64,000 nucleotides of DNA from Phoronis australis (Eukaryota > Animalia > Phoronida): positions 115,499 to 179,498 of the forward strand of contig NMRA01000216.1 of NCBI GenBank assembly GCA_002633005.1, in the 5' to 3' direction. Shown piece after piece: positions 12,365 to 25,390 of the stretch (position 1 is its first letter; each line of letters opens with the position of its first letter). The notes under the pieces are model-generated. The model searched no databases and was not told the DNA's origin. It saw nothing but the letters and a program-made list of their open reading frames with translations. A program made the translations under genes and the position numbers.

Positions 12365-14040
12365 GTGAGTTTTTTAGTGTTGGACTGAGTCGTGCATTTG
12401 TTTTAGTTGTTTTTTCTGGTGATTTATACATGTAGTAAAAATATGCTATCACAAGTTACCCTAATCCTCCATAGGACTTCTAGGAAGACAAGTGTCATGG
12501 CCCCTGCCCTTCATGTGACTTCTTGGAAGACAAGTGACTTGGTCTCAATGGGTCATCGTATTCTTCCAAGCCAATTTTCGCATAGACACCCACTCCCAAA
12601 CTGCACTTGTAAATGCCCATGTTCAATTATTTGCCCATCCCCATTTCTTTGTGAAAGTTTGTCCGCAGAAGATTTCAGTTCTCACGTGTACAATTAATCT
12701 GCTTTCACGTGCATAGCTAACACATAGTACTGTACATTGTGTTGTGTGAATCGTGTACATGAAGTGGCTGACATGATTGCTACATTGACTCAAATTTAAT
12801 TTTTTGTATAAGCACTCCTCCTTACTTTTAAAAATTGTGTTTCTTTTGTTAAACTTGTTCCGAGTGACTATTCATAGAACACAACACATGTGATTTATTG
12901 TTTCAGGGAATGATTCTTGTAAGTCCTTGAAACTACTCATTTTTGTTATTTTATGAGCAGTGAACAAAAATGTTTCTGATGGTGCAGTTGGTGTTTTGTT
13001 GTATTTGAGATTACATTTACCGTTTTTGTTGTTGCAGTGCTGTTGATGACTGTTGTTTGTACTGTTTTGTTGTAAAGTACTAATTATTCACAGTTACAAT
13101 AGCTGCTGGATATATTGCTGTATGGCATTTCTTTTTGGTGAAAGGTACTTTTAATTGTTGCATGGTTCTGTCCCTGTACTACATTACCTCTGTCATTATT
13201 GCGTAATGGTGCAAATGGCAGAAACCAGTTTGCGATTATCTGCATTGGCATAACCTCCACAACAAACTTTCTGCTCAAGTGCATCTTTTCAAATATTGTT
13301 ATGTTTGCTTTCTGGAGGTTCCCACTCTCACATTTTCTGTTTTTAAATCATTTTAGTGTTCAGTAGCACTGTCCCCAAGGCATTCCGAGCTCAGCTGTTC
13401 AGAATCTATAGGGGGTAATAAAACAATTATCTTCTCAGCCAGGACCATAAATCCTTTGTTAAGCTGTGTTTACTTACATTGGCCTACTGGGACAGTTGTA
13501 TGACTAAGAGCTGGGCTCACAAAGAACTGTTTTCACTGACTTTGCAAATCAGTTTCAAAAGCCCTGTGGTGTGCGAACAATACTAGTCTTATGATTTACA
13601 ACAGTTGTCCAAAAAATTCTAAACCACTATAGTTAGTCCCATTGTATTTACCCTCAAGGTCACATGTCAGTCAAACTACATTTTCTAGTGTCATTAACTA
13701 CACTTAGTTTGTATAAAATGTGTCACTTCAATAGACATTCAAATTCCTGGACTGTGGTATTATACTGCACCTTTCCTTACAAAGAGGACAAGTTGATTTG
13801 CTCGACAATTATTTCAGATGGGCTATTTTCTTTCTTTTCTTGTCCAATAACTCGAAAGTGCCTTGCATTTTGGAGCCTTGATCAGTCATACAAAGCATGT
13901 TCCTTTATACTGTTGCTATAAACCAGAGTCAATTTTCAAACCCAGCGTATTAGTTTCAACATGCCGTTGTCTGAATATTGCCTCATATTTCTTGATCTTT
14001 GAACTTGTGCATGAACTTCTTCTTGACAATGTTCTTTCAG

Positions 14041-14367
14041 TTACGTGACCCACCACATGAGGGCATGTTTGTCTACGGCATTTACATATGGGGCTGCGCG
14101 TGGGAGAAAACTACTGGCGAGCTACAGGACTCACCACCACGCCACGGATGTACCAGTTTGCCCGTTGTTCACGTAACCTGTTGGCCTCAGTCTGAGAAAC
14201 CGATCATACAAGACCCAGTCCGCGCGGCAGAAACCTACCAGTGTCCTTGCTACCCGTCCAGGATCGGCCCTAGAGTCTCGCTGATGGAAATTGATGTACG
14301 GCATGAAAACATCTCAGCCACACGTTGGGCCTTGAGAGGTCTCTCAGCCACTATCCGACCTTATTAA
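14041..14367 (+). CDS. Dynein heavy chain, terminal coding exon (LRDPPHEGMFVYGIYIWGCAWE...YQCPCY...WALRGLSATIRPY*)
   Basis: ctttcag| acceptor. PPxEGxxVxGxxxxGxxW, YxCPxY and WxLRG motifs are the canonical dynein heavy chain C-terminus. TAA at 14365-14367. Confidence 0.95.
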   Translation, partial: LRDPPHEGMFVYGIYIWGCAWEKTTGELQDSPPRHGCTSLPVVHVTCWPQSEKPIIQDPVRAAETYQCPCYPSRIGPRVSLMEIDVRHENISATRWALRGLSATIRPY

Positions 14368-15426
14368 GGCCGGAACAGCTGGTCCACACTATTTCCTTAA
14401 TTATATTATCTAAAATGACATAATTTTATTAACAAAAAAATCTTTGATGGAAAAAGTCACAATTGGTTTGTAGGCCAACCACAAGAGTTTTTATGGATTC
14501 AAGTCACTTTCATAACACAACAATCCTTTTTTCCTCACGCTGTACAGTGCTTTACTGGAAGTCATTTCAGTGGCTTAGTCAGCACCGTTTTTCATTGGTC
14601 AAAATCTCATGGGATTAACTAGTATATAGGTGTGGACTGCACTGCTGTCAATCATGCTCAATGATTGACATATAATGCATTGAGGTAAATAAGATGAAGG
14701 TTTAGTGTTGGACTATATTTGCAGTTCCACTAACATATGTTTAAGGAATGTTTGTTGGGTAATTATAATCTATAGTAAACTGGGTGAATCACATCAAATG
14801 GCTTTGTCAAAGTTTTGGAAAAACGCGGTTGGAAACCAGACGATGTATTGTGCTATTCTGAAAATAGGCAGGAATTTTCACTTCAAAATTTCACTTATTT
14901 TCCAGGAGGTGAAACATTGTCGATTTTTTTTGAAAACTTCTGTTATTTGTGAAAAGGTGTTCATTTCCTGTATGTCAGACTGTATTATTTATTGAATAAT
15001 TTTCTCATCTCCATTGGTACATCAAAAGTGAAATATGTGATTGAAGGAGTTGGCCATTCTGTATTTTTGTTCATTATGTATTTTATCAGTCCACATTCCG
15101 TCCTACTTTTATTTTTAAATGTACCTGAATTTCTGTGTAGCATTCCAGTTCATTGAAATATGCAAGACTATTGAGAAAGAATACTTTCACCAAATTCCTG
15201 TATAAAAATAATAATTAAATATTTTATTTCAAATTTTCAGGTATTTCTGTCAGTTAACTTAGCTTGTTATCCATAAAGTATTGTTTGCATGCAGATTTTA
15301 TGTCTAGTTGATTTTTGTGGTTGAGTGGTTTGTTAAGGAGTTAAATTTTATAAACTTTTACCATTTTAAAAAACTGCTGTCATTCACTGTTTTATACTGC
15401 TCTTTGTATTGTTGTTACTGTATTGT

Positions 15427-15432
15427 AATAAA
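15427..15432 (+). promoter_or_regulatory. Candidate polyadenylation signal of the dynein gene
   Basis: AATAAA about 1.06 kb after the stop, at the end of an AU-rich UTR-like stretch and followed by U/GU-rich sequence. Confidence 0.45.
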
Positions 15433-16704
15433 CTGTATTTTCTTCCCAAATCAAAATTTTATTTGTCTCTGTATTTTAAAGTTATCGTGAGTGATGTTTA
15501 AGTAATATGACTATTATTCTGTGACATTCCGTGTCACGCAGTGGCGGGAGTTCTGGCAAATGTTTTGATTTAATTTCGTAATCCTTAGAAAAATTGAGTA
15601 GCAATGGCAAGTGTCTTCTATGATGATATAAATGTTGTCCAAATGGATTTCATAGGCGTTGTATTTCTCTTAGTAAAGGGCTTCATTCTTTTATGGTACA
15701 AGTAATTAATTGACATAGGTCATTCTTGATGGGCGTTGTGCTCAATTTAACTTCATTTAATACATCTTCACATGAACCTGAGCATTTTAAAACCGCTTTT
15801 TAGTTTCAATTACTGCAGTTGTAAAGAATACAAAAAATTGATTTATGTGAATTTCTGAGGGCCAGGAAATTTGAGGCTACATAAGTAACCGAGGTACTCT
15901 GAGTGAGATCAGAGCGGCATCGTCTGTTGCTAATTAATCACAAATCTTTCTGACCCCCTGGCTGTTCCTGACTGGGAATGGCCTGTCGCATTGGGGGCTT
16001 AGCAAGAACCAACACGTTAAATGTCTTCCAAAACCATCTCTAACTATAAGAAACAGGCTCTGCAAATTTGTTACTGTTTCGTCGCAGTTGTATCCGATGA
16101 CGTCTTACGATATTGAAAAGTAAGAACTTGATATTGACAAATATGGTTAATGGAGGTGGTAATGGCTTTGTGAGACAGAAAAGTAAGTTTCAAATTACAA
16201 TAAATATAATAATTTATTAATTTTTACTTCTACTCTGGGATGACATTCATTCAACTTCGGAAACAACATTGGCACTAACATAATTGAAAGCTGTTGACTT
16301 GATAAACCTAGTGGTCCTATCCACCGTTTACTATTTCTGGGAATTTAGGGTCCTCCTTGAACCGTCTGTAGTCATTGATAGGATAGAATTCAGTACGGCC
16401 GTGCCGAAATAACAGTACGCGTACTGATTAAAGGCACGCGTTAAATAACCGGCGATTGTGCTCGTTGAATAACAACGATTAAGCACAGATCAACACGCAT
16501 TAAAGAACTCTTTGGTGCTTCATACATTTCTCCTTTAATCACTTGCTTGTGCGGTAGTGACCCAGGTGTTTCTTCATACTACGATAAAGTGCCGTCATTT
16601 TGGCATTCAAAATTAATTGCAAAAGAACAAATTCATTCATGGACTAATCTCGCGGGACAACAGGTGGTCAACCTCCAAAATTTGCCTTTTCATTGCTGAA
16701 CCAG

Positions 16705-16995
16705 TTGATGGAGATAATTGTGGTCGTAAAGCAACACGCCTATTCAGCGTACGAGTTTCAGTCAAAAACCGAACAATGAATAGGGCAAAGACCAACATGA
16801 ATGTATTTTAAAATTGAAAAAGGTAAATATTAACCGTCTTTGAATTTTTAAAATCGAAGTATTATAAAAAATTAGGGAATCGATTTTCTTTCGGCATCAC
16901 GTCTAAGCAACGAGCATTAATATTGGGAATCAATTATGACTGGTTAGTCACAGGCCTGTCTCAGGCTCGCTTAGGCGTTGAGGTAATAAAACCCC
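16705..16995 (+). repeat. Interspersed repeat fragment, homologous to 27205-27240 plus 27618-27848
   Basis: Blocks shared in the same orientation: ttgatggagataattg.gg.cgtaaa, gagtttca..gtcaaaaa.cgaac, gaccaacatg, ttttaaaattgaaaa, tttttaaaatcga and gtaa.aaaacccc. Confidence 0.8.
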
Positions 16996-18582
16996 TTCGC
17001 GTCCGATTTAATTTGTCTTGTGAACACTCTGATCATCGAATGGCTTGGTCAGCTGGTGGAGAACACTCCGCATTTCCTACAGTACACGAGACGTTCATGT
17101 ATAGCCTACTCCTGCGGCAGGTACTTCTGCGCCGTCCGTTGAAGCTGTGCAGACATATGTCAAATTACTGTTACTTGAGATTTATAGTTGTGACAAATCC
17201 TTTTAGATTTAAAGTTGCAGTTTACACTCGTAAAATTGATCTTCTTAGATTCCCCGCTGTGATGAGACTCCATTTCCATAGACCAATTCATGTCACAAAC
17301 AATGCTTACATCCGCCATTTTCTAATTTGCAATTTAGGGTCAGCCAACCCTGACTCTGATCTGTTTTCTTGGTGAAGGAATTGGAATTCCAGCGCACTAA
17401 TTATAAAGAATATAGAGAGATTAAAATGCCTAATTCAATTTTAGTTTTTAGCCACTGAATTAAACAGAGCGAAATACTCTTTTAACTTCAAAGTAACTTT
17501 TTATAATTGTCGCAGTTTGTCCCAAGTCCAATAATTCTTTTAGCATTCGGCATGACATTCTCGCTCTTGACTCTTGATTTCAGTGACGTGTGTTCAGCCA
17601 TAGAACTCTAGGGATGTTGCCTACTGTCTTATGGTTCAGCAAGCAAGAATTGTTTGTTATCCGTACGTGATCGACGCTTCCGGTGGGGTGAACTCGTCAA
17701 TCAGATGATCGCGATTAAGGAGCCTTTGTCTGTCACCTTTTGCACTCGGCTATTGAAAGAATATGTTTGTCTTGCTCTCGTCTGGTGTGTTGGTATTAAA
17801 ATAAACATTCGTGAGAGAAAATTTCTGGTTTTAACTATATCTCTCCCGTAAGTCTCGTCAGAATGACGAACAGTGTGTAGAGAAGTTAAAGTAGAGTCTG
17901 GTCTGATACTATTGAAGATCTTACTTCGACATGTTCAGTTACAGACGGGTGATGGAATTCAGTACTGGTTGTATGAAACAGTCCCAAGTTGGGATTCAGC
18001 AACATCCCTGCACTTGCGGACATGTGCAAATCCTTATTATTTTAATGCTGGCTTGTCTTCAGCTTTGATATTCATCGAAACTAAACTCTACGTCGAATTT
18101 AGGACTTAGTCCTTTTACATTTTAACTTAAATAAATGGTTCAAGTTATATGTATATTATAAAAAATGGCATTAGACACAGAGGAGCCTGCAATAAAGACA
18201 AAATGATAGAAGAACAAAACATTAATTGTGAATAAACAAGGAAGCACAAACGCAGAACATTTAGGGAGCTTAGTTGGGTCCACTGTACTTTGGGAGAGTT
18301 TTCATGTAACAGATCTTTGAAGTTCTCTATTTGCACGTCTTATGCAACATTTTTGTAGTGGTATTTCAATCATTATGTCTTTTCGCCTTGATGATAAAGT
18401 GCCTGCAATGCGAGAACTTAATTATCCTTCATATGCTTGTTGAAGTCATTGGTCAGAGTCATTAATCGGGTTAAGTACATAATTTTCTTGCTGTCTTCCT
18501 AGAAAGGCTGCTATTCCTGAAACTCCATGCGGTGTCCCGTTGTTAATTGTCAAAATCAATATCGTGTTATTCGTTCCCTTAA

Positions 18583-20254
18583 AGGAGCATTCCACCCAAA
18601 AAAACAACCTAATTTGTATCAATTTAGATCGAGTAGTTCTACTCCATAATGACACGTACGGTTGCGTTACCTGACACCTGACTGCAGACGGAGGTGTTGA
18701 AATTATCCAGTGACGTCATCGGTTTCACACGCAGTCTGTTCAGCACTTCAAAACACGGATTACTGGTGTCAGCTTATCGCTTGAAGTCATCGTTTAACAC
18801 CAATAAATCATCAACTTCGATATAAAACCCTTGAAAATACACCGAGTTTTTATAAAAACGTGTTATTTTATTTCCCTCTTACGGATTTATTGGTATTTGG
18901 ACACACCGTAGCCTACAAAGTTCGGCAGGCCAATAAGGTCCGTAGCAGGAGTTTGGGGTCTGTTCGGAGATAATTTCGAAGTATTTTCCGTGAGATACAG
19001 ACAGGAGAACCTAGATCAGTGTTGTTTAGACTTGAGATTTTTTGAGTTCTAAACACAAAACGCTTGTTACAGTGGGTCGGAGCCCGATCAGGCACGTCGC
19101 GGCCGGCCAGACTCACCACTCCGCCGTTACCCCGGCCAGTGGCTCGGAAACTGATCAGACATCACGAACATAAACCAGCAAAAGTTCAGTGGAAACTAAA
19201 CTTTCAGTCAAGAAAATATTATACTAGTAAGCCAAAGTAATGTGCACGTGATTATGTTGGTGAATTAGCCACGGAACTGCAAATCTACTTACTCGTCGGG
19301 GGCCGCGAATTCAGTTTCAGCTTTGGCCACAGCACCGTCAGGGCAGAAAATGTACATTGACAATAATTATTTGAGTAATGTAAATGTAAATAAAGATTCC
19401 CCTAAAACCTGGCCGTGGGATGGAAATCGAGTTGTTTCACAACAGTTTCTGCCAGCAAACACTAAATTAACATGGCAGCAGCTCACACGGCCTCGGTATC
19501 CCGTCAAGTTTTGTTGCACCTAAATCCGGTAACGCGGTGATTTATTCATTGCTGGCTTCTCAAATAATTTGCACTCACGAATACTCCAAAGGCATTACAA
19601 ATTACATCTAGTGAGACAGACTTTGCTTCAGTTTTATATTGGTTAGGGTGAGAATAATTCATTTTGAAACAGAACGCTCAGTAATAAACGCCAACACGAC
19701 AACTTGCAATCCCGACTTAGGACGAGCTGGAGCTCATCAGTCCCGACTTCGCAGGTGGATCGTTAAGTTTTACAGGCAATCAATTCGAACACAAATACAG
19801 TGATGAAGAAATACTAGAGAGGCGCCGTGAACAAGCTCAGACAACGGAACGTATGGAGTTATTTGGTAAGCCACCATTCGTCAGGCACTGTCGACGTCTG
19901 CAGGCCACATACACGGAGATATTTCACGGCCTCATACTTGCTATTTACAGCGTACATTCAAGTCTTTACTACCATGAGTCACTTTGTAAGCATTTCGGAC
20001 TCTCGAGGAAGTAAAAAGCGACACACCCGCTTTCCTCGCAGCTGCTTAGTTCGGACAAGCGGGAACGATGCAACGCAACATAGCGGCATTCACTCTGCAT
20101 ATGAACCACTGACGTCGCTAGCGTCGTTTCTCACCTTCTTCACAGGCTAACGCGACATCTCTTGGCAAGGTAAGGTCGACCGTATGCGAGGCGATGTGGA
20201 TACAGACCGATTAAGACGGCAAAAAAGACTAATTAAATCGGGTGGCATTCTCCT
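18583..20254. mobile_element. Non-autonomous Kolobok-like DNA transposon, 1672 bp
   Basis: TTAA|AGGAGCATTCCACCC ... GGGTGGCATTCTCCT|TTAA (13/15-bp TIR match, TTAA on both sides). No intact ORF. Confidence 0.8.
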
Positions 20255-20690
20255 TTAAATTTTACAAAGATGTTGCCGGCTGCTTGTAACTCACAACAAA
20301 GCTGTTAGAAAAAAAAAACATGACACCCAGGGTGTTCTAAATATGTTTTTGATTGATATCACTAATACGTGACTGTTCCCATTCCTGCGTTAAGTAATGC
20401 AGGTAAGCCCAGATTCGCGCCATTACGGGATTTAATGCAACGCACCAGGCACAGACAGCTTCAAAATTCTCCCAGATACCATTTGGGAGTTCGGGGTGCG
20501 AATTGCTGAGTAGCTTATGCGCGCACCCAGGGGGTTCGGGGGTCGAATGCACAATGCATAGTCTTTGAACAAACCCCGTTTACCGTTTTTTTAGTAATAA
20601 GGTCCACAAACCCAAAAATTCGAGACCCCTGCATCCCTACATTTAAGGCTGGGCGCGCGCATGTGACAAAATTCTGGTTATTCCTGTGCC

Positions 20691-20741
20691 NNNNNNNNNN
20701 NNNNNNNNNNNNNNNNNNNNNNNNNNNNNNNNNNNNNNNNN
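20691..20741. other. Assembly gap (51 N)
   Basis: Run of n next to a poly-C tract. Confidence 1.
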
Positions 20742-20781
20742 CCCCCCCCCCCCCCAATTCAAAATCCTAGATTCGCCCCTG
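20742..20781. mobile_element. Right end of a CAG...CTG MITE, same family as 58346-58507
   Basis: Poly-C followed by ctagattcgcccctg, identical to the 58493-58507 terminus. The family's internal sequence aaaattctcccagat.ccattt also appears at ~20463-20503. Confidence 0.7.
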
Positions 20782-21860
20782 AACCCTGCCAATTGAACAC
20801 CACGAAGTGCTGGAAGGGGGTTAAATCTATGAACAGTTCCCCATTTTGTTGTGTAATGTAACAAGTGATTCTGAAATTCAACTGTTCACCTTTTTTTGTG
20901 CTCCAATGTGTATCACTTACCTGTGATGTAACATTCAAATGTACTAGGCCTACGTTCAATATGTTATAATGTATTCAAGCGATTTCTATTTTTTCTAAGT
21001 TTGGAAGTACCAGCGTTTACGAACTCTTTGATGTTCAGTGTTGTAAACTGACCACAAGAAAACTACTTTACCAATTTTGATAGCTTCTACATGTCTCTTT
21101 AAATCTCATTGTTAATGCTAAAAATGAAAGCTGCGATCTTAAGCTGACTTCAGCAATTCGTACATTTTGGAATGAGCCACTTTTCACCGGTTATTGTCAT
21201 TGAGGGAGTTAGACTTACTGTTATTTTTTCTCACATGAACAGGAATGCGTTACGACACGACTGGTTAATAACACCAAGTAGCTATTTTTTTATATTTACA
21301 TGGGCGAATCATAAAGTAGTGCAAAGTAGAAATTTGTACGCCTTACATTTTAACATCTGCACAAAAATAATATCAACAACCAAACGCGCTCCAACCAAAA
21401 ATACCGAAATTCCGTGAAGGTGACACGGTTATGGTTGACAAATCGGGTGTCGCAACAGTCGGAAGGACATGCAAACAACTTCGGACCCGTCTCAGGCCTC
21501 GAATTCCATAATCAAGTTCATTCAAACGGAGACGAACCCCCAAGTCCCAACTCAAGAAACTACGCGTCTAGCTTTGCTGTTTCAAGGTCAATTGGGTGCT
21601 CACGCGCGGGGAAGCCTTGCTGACTGTTATTTATAAACATTTGTAAAATTTTAATAATACAACTTCAAAGAGTATTTATTAGATTATAACTTGAACGTTT
21701 GTTATGAAAGCTAAGTGCAATTTACAGTTGTTAAGTTTAAGTTATTAACAAATAGTAACTGGCTTCAGTTATATTGCGCAAGCGTGTTTTTATAAAAGTT
21801 GCGTCATGTGGTTGAAAATTGTAGACATGTCGAGTTTTTTGGCAAAAAGATCGTTTTCAC

Positions 21861-22084
21861 CAGAGGCGGGTCTATAGGGGGGGTTCAACCCCCCCCCCAC
21901 GGGACAGGATCAAAAATAAAAATCGAAAAAAATTTCGCCAGAAAAACGAAATCAGTTACTAAAAACCACAACAAATCTTACACGGGAGGGGGAAACCCTC
22001 CCGACCTTCCTTCAGCTCGGCGCTATGCTCTCAGCTTCGCTCGAATTCTAATTCCCCCTTACTGAAAACATAGATCTGCCACTG
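21861..22084. mobile_element. 224-bp MITE with 5-bp TSD (TTCAC)
   Basis: ttcac|CAGAGGCGGGTCTAT ... ATAGATCTGCCACTG|ttcac. Confidence 0.8.
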
Positions 22085-22112
22085 TTCACGCTTCGTGTGA
22101 GAAGACAAATCG

Positions 22113-22198
22113 TACACTAGTCTCAGGTTTATGATATGGGCAAAACCTTTTTGTAAGTTTTAGCGATTTGCCCATGTCATAAACCTGAGATGAGTGTA
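22113..22198. repeat. 86-bp near-perfect hairpin (mini-MITE or pre-miRNA-like)
   Basis: tacactagtctcaggtttatgatatgggcaaa pairs with tttgcccatgtcataaacctgagatgagtgta around a ~22-nt loop. TA at both ends. Confidence 0.85.
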
Positions 22199-22345
22199 GA
22201 ATTCCCTATATATTTCTGAGCAATAATTAACTTAAATTTATTTTTGTATTGAAACAGTGTGCCTGCCATGAAATTGATCATATCATATCATTATAAGGAA
22301 ATAATCGAGTACGGGCGTATACGAAAGTCCGGAAGCCAAATGCTG

Positions 22346-23222
22346 TTTTTTTACTTAACTTGGATTTGCCCGATAAAGTTTTTTCTTTGCTGTTTCAGTC
22401 ATGTATCCTAGGGTTTGGTTATCGTGATTTAGGGGTTGACCATTCCCAAACCTTAAGCATTTTTTGAATATGCAAGTTAAGGCTGCCATTATGCAAAATT
22501 TTATTGTTGCTGATAACTTCCTTATAAAGCACCTCAGGCAAATTATTTTGATGTTTTGACCTATGTTACCATGGGCAGTGAATTTAATGGAGCAAGTTTG
22601 CTGATGGAAACACTATTAATTTGCATAATATGTGCCGCCATTACTGAAAATTCTACTTTTGCCTATAGTTGCACAGTACCAGGTACCACAGGTAATCTAT
22701 TTTGACAGTTACACCCATGTTTCTGTGATCAATTAGTTAAATAAGATCAGTTTGCAAATTGCTGCACAATAAATTTGCAAATTACAAACGTCACCATTAT
22801 TGGAAATTCTGCTTGTGCTCATAACTTTCTTATGGGGGCACTACATGTAGATTATTTTGATATTTGTAGTGATGTCTTCGTGATCAATGAATTTAATAAA
22901 ATCTGCACTCATATTTTTGATGACGTCATGAATTTACATAATTGGTGATTTAGGCTAATTACGGGAGCCAATATTGAAGATTTTAATTGTACCAATAGCT
23001 CCTGTACTTGACAACATATAATAGGTAAGTTGTATTGATATTTGAACCCATGCTTTTATGGTCAATTGATGTAATGAAATCAGTTTGCAGTTTGAAACAT
23101 TCAATTCCAAAAGATGTAGCCCATTGTCCTACTCCCCCAAACAATATATATAGGAAAACTGAAGACCAGATTGATGAGCTAGGGGAATTCTTCAGTTATC
23201 TATCAACAGGTGGCGCTTTTTG
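22346..23222. mobile_element. Element with four degenerate ~155-bp internal tandem units, possibly Helentron/HINE-like
   Basis: Units begin (g/a)cca.tat..gaaaatt.ta.t at ~22485, ~22637, ~22792 and ~22967. Bounded by T-runs, with a weak subterminal inverted pair at 22358-22371 / 23182-23198. Confidence 0.5.
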
Positions 23223-25269
23223 ATTGAAATAAAGGTCGTGCTTGTGACAGTCGTCTGCTCCAAGTTCAAGCCTAAAAGTTTGAAACTTGGCTTTACGATT
23301 TAAAACACAATATGCATAGACACCCTAGACGTCTGATAACAAAACTTGCAGTTCAATGGCCAAAACTGTCTTGTTTTGGCTGATTGGTGTGCTGATAAAT
23401 AATGACATTACATTGCATCTATTTTATTTTTAAAAAGAATGTTTGTTTTTAGAGACCAAAAGCATGGAGCCTGACCACAAAGAATGTTTCTTTGGTTGGA
23501 ATTTCGACTGTCAAACGTGACTGCTGTCCGAGCAAACAACTGACATAATACGTTACAGCAAGATTTACTGTGATACTAAACACTTCGGATTTCAAGAAGC
23601 ACTAGGCAAAAACTGTCACCTTACTCTCAAGTGCTACAAATCTTGTGTTAAATCTACTAACACATCAAATCGACAAACTGACCTTTACAAACGTATGTTA
23701 TAGACGTTGTGTAATATGTCATGTAGTACGACATGTTACTGAAACAGGCCCTTGACACGTGTATTGCGTTGTGAGTAAATACCTTGGAGTTGGAGTGGCA
23801 CTGTGCTATTTCAGGACAGGACTATTGAAATTGGTCACCCTTGAATCTTCTCTAGTTCAGTTTGGTCTTTTTTGTACACTGGTTTCTGGTAACAGTGCCT
23901 GAACATCACATTATAAGGTTTTCACAAATTTTCATTTATCGTCTGATTGAAGATTTCCGCAACTCACACAAAATTTCTTCAGTAATTTTTTATCTTTTTC
24001 AAAACAAAAAAAATCTTCATGATTAATATTGATTAGAATGTCATGGTTAGTTCGTGTTTGTGGAAGTGATGCACCATATCATGTACAAAGTTTTTCAAAA
24101 CCACGCGCAACTTAGCAAAGTATTACCCGATAGGTTTGTAATTGTTGCTTAATTCATATATTTTACAAACACTGACAATAAAAATCCATGTGCATTATTT
24201 GGATGACTATGATTTTATGTGTGGATCTGTAACTGTTTCATCGAGTGTGGTGTTTTGTCCGCATTTTTGAAAGATAAACGGAACACTGTTGTAACTTTTG
24301 ACAATGATTTGACTAAATACTTGGTCTAAATGTCCAAACGTAACATTTACAAGTTTCCACTTGAAATTAAGAAATCGTGCCAGGTGTTCGAAATCGTTCA
24401 GTATTCGAAACAACTCAACAATGTATGAATGCTTGGATAAAAAACGCACCGACGGAGAGATGTTATGTTTTTAAGATGCATTGTCCGGATTGAATCGACG
24501 CTGTCTTGTACGCAGGGTATTATCTAAATGTCAGAATCGTGTTTTTACAGAAATATTTTTTTTCTGGGAAATCACCCTGCACAACATATTAGCCAGCAAT
24601 CGATATCTTTCAATCAAGCGGCCGAATATCATTACTAAGAAGAATGTCCTAAAATGTAATTCAGCGTCGCATATGTAATAAATTTCACACCTGAAAATCA
24701 ATTTAGTGCAAGCAATCACAGATTTAAAGACTTTTGCCAATCTTAGCAAATAATACAACGGAAAACAGGTGCAATGATTTCATTTCGTATGTTAGATATT
24801 AAAAACGACGAATCAATCCCATAGTGTATTACCTTGGAAAAATCTGTTTCCGTTTTGGCAATCTAAAAGAGATCGAAGAAACGATGTGTTGCGAGCGGGT
24901 CTCGACTTTAATTAATGTTTAGTATTCCCGAGTGTATTGTCTGTTACCTTGTGGATTGTTTCATTAATAACCCTTCATATCGCTGCAACTGAGTGACGTG
25001 CGTTAGGATTTCCCACTTCGTGACACATTGTCCGTCATTTCGTTGAAAGGTCTGCAAGTAGCAATTAACATTTAACGCCTTTGCATGCGTATTCCCGGAT
25101 ACTGTGAATTACTGAAGGGTAGGCCTTGGAAGTATCCGCCTTTCGTCTCATTCGTAGGCGATATCCATGTTTCCTGATGATTTCATATTTCCTGAAAAGA
25201 GCCTGAATCACGATTTTTATCCATGGGTGTTGAAATTACACAAAAGCACACACGCCCTGTTCAATTAGT

Positions 25270-25390
25270 GCAGATCACCTGGGGGGTAAAGATGTTATCG
25301 GTGAAAAAAGCGATTTTCTGAGATCAATCTCAGCGTAGAATCGAACTTGGAACCATCGTGGTTGCAGCCAAACGCTGGGCTGGAGGAGCT
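25270..25390 (-). mobile_element. Degenerate tRNA-derived SINE head
   Basis: The minus strand reads gatggttccaaGTTCGATTCtacgctgagattgatctc (B box plus a ctgagat block shared with 30285-30400 and 35277-35350). Confidence 0.55.

Noticed and set aside
21370-21630. Gypsy integrase C-terminal relic (PKFREGDTVMV)
   Set aside because: Only one short motif, with no LTR or other pol motifs to support it.
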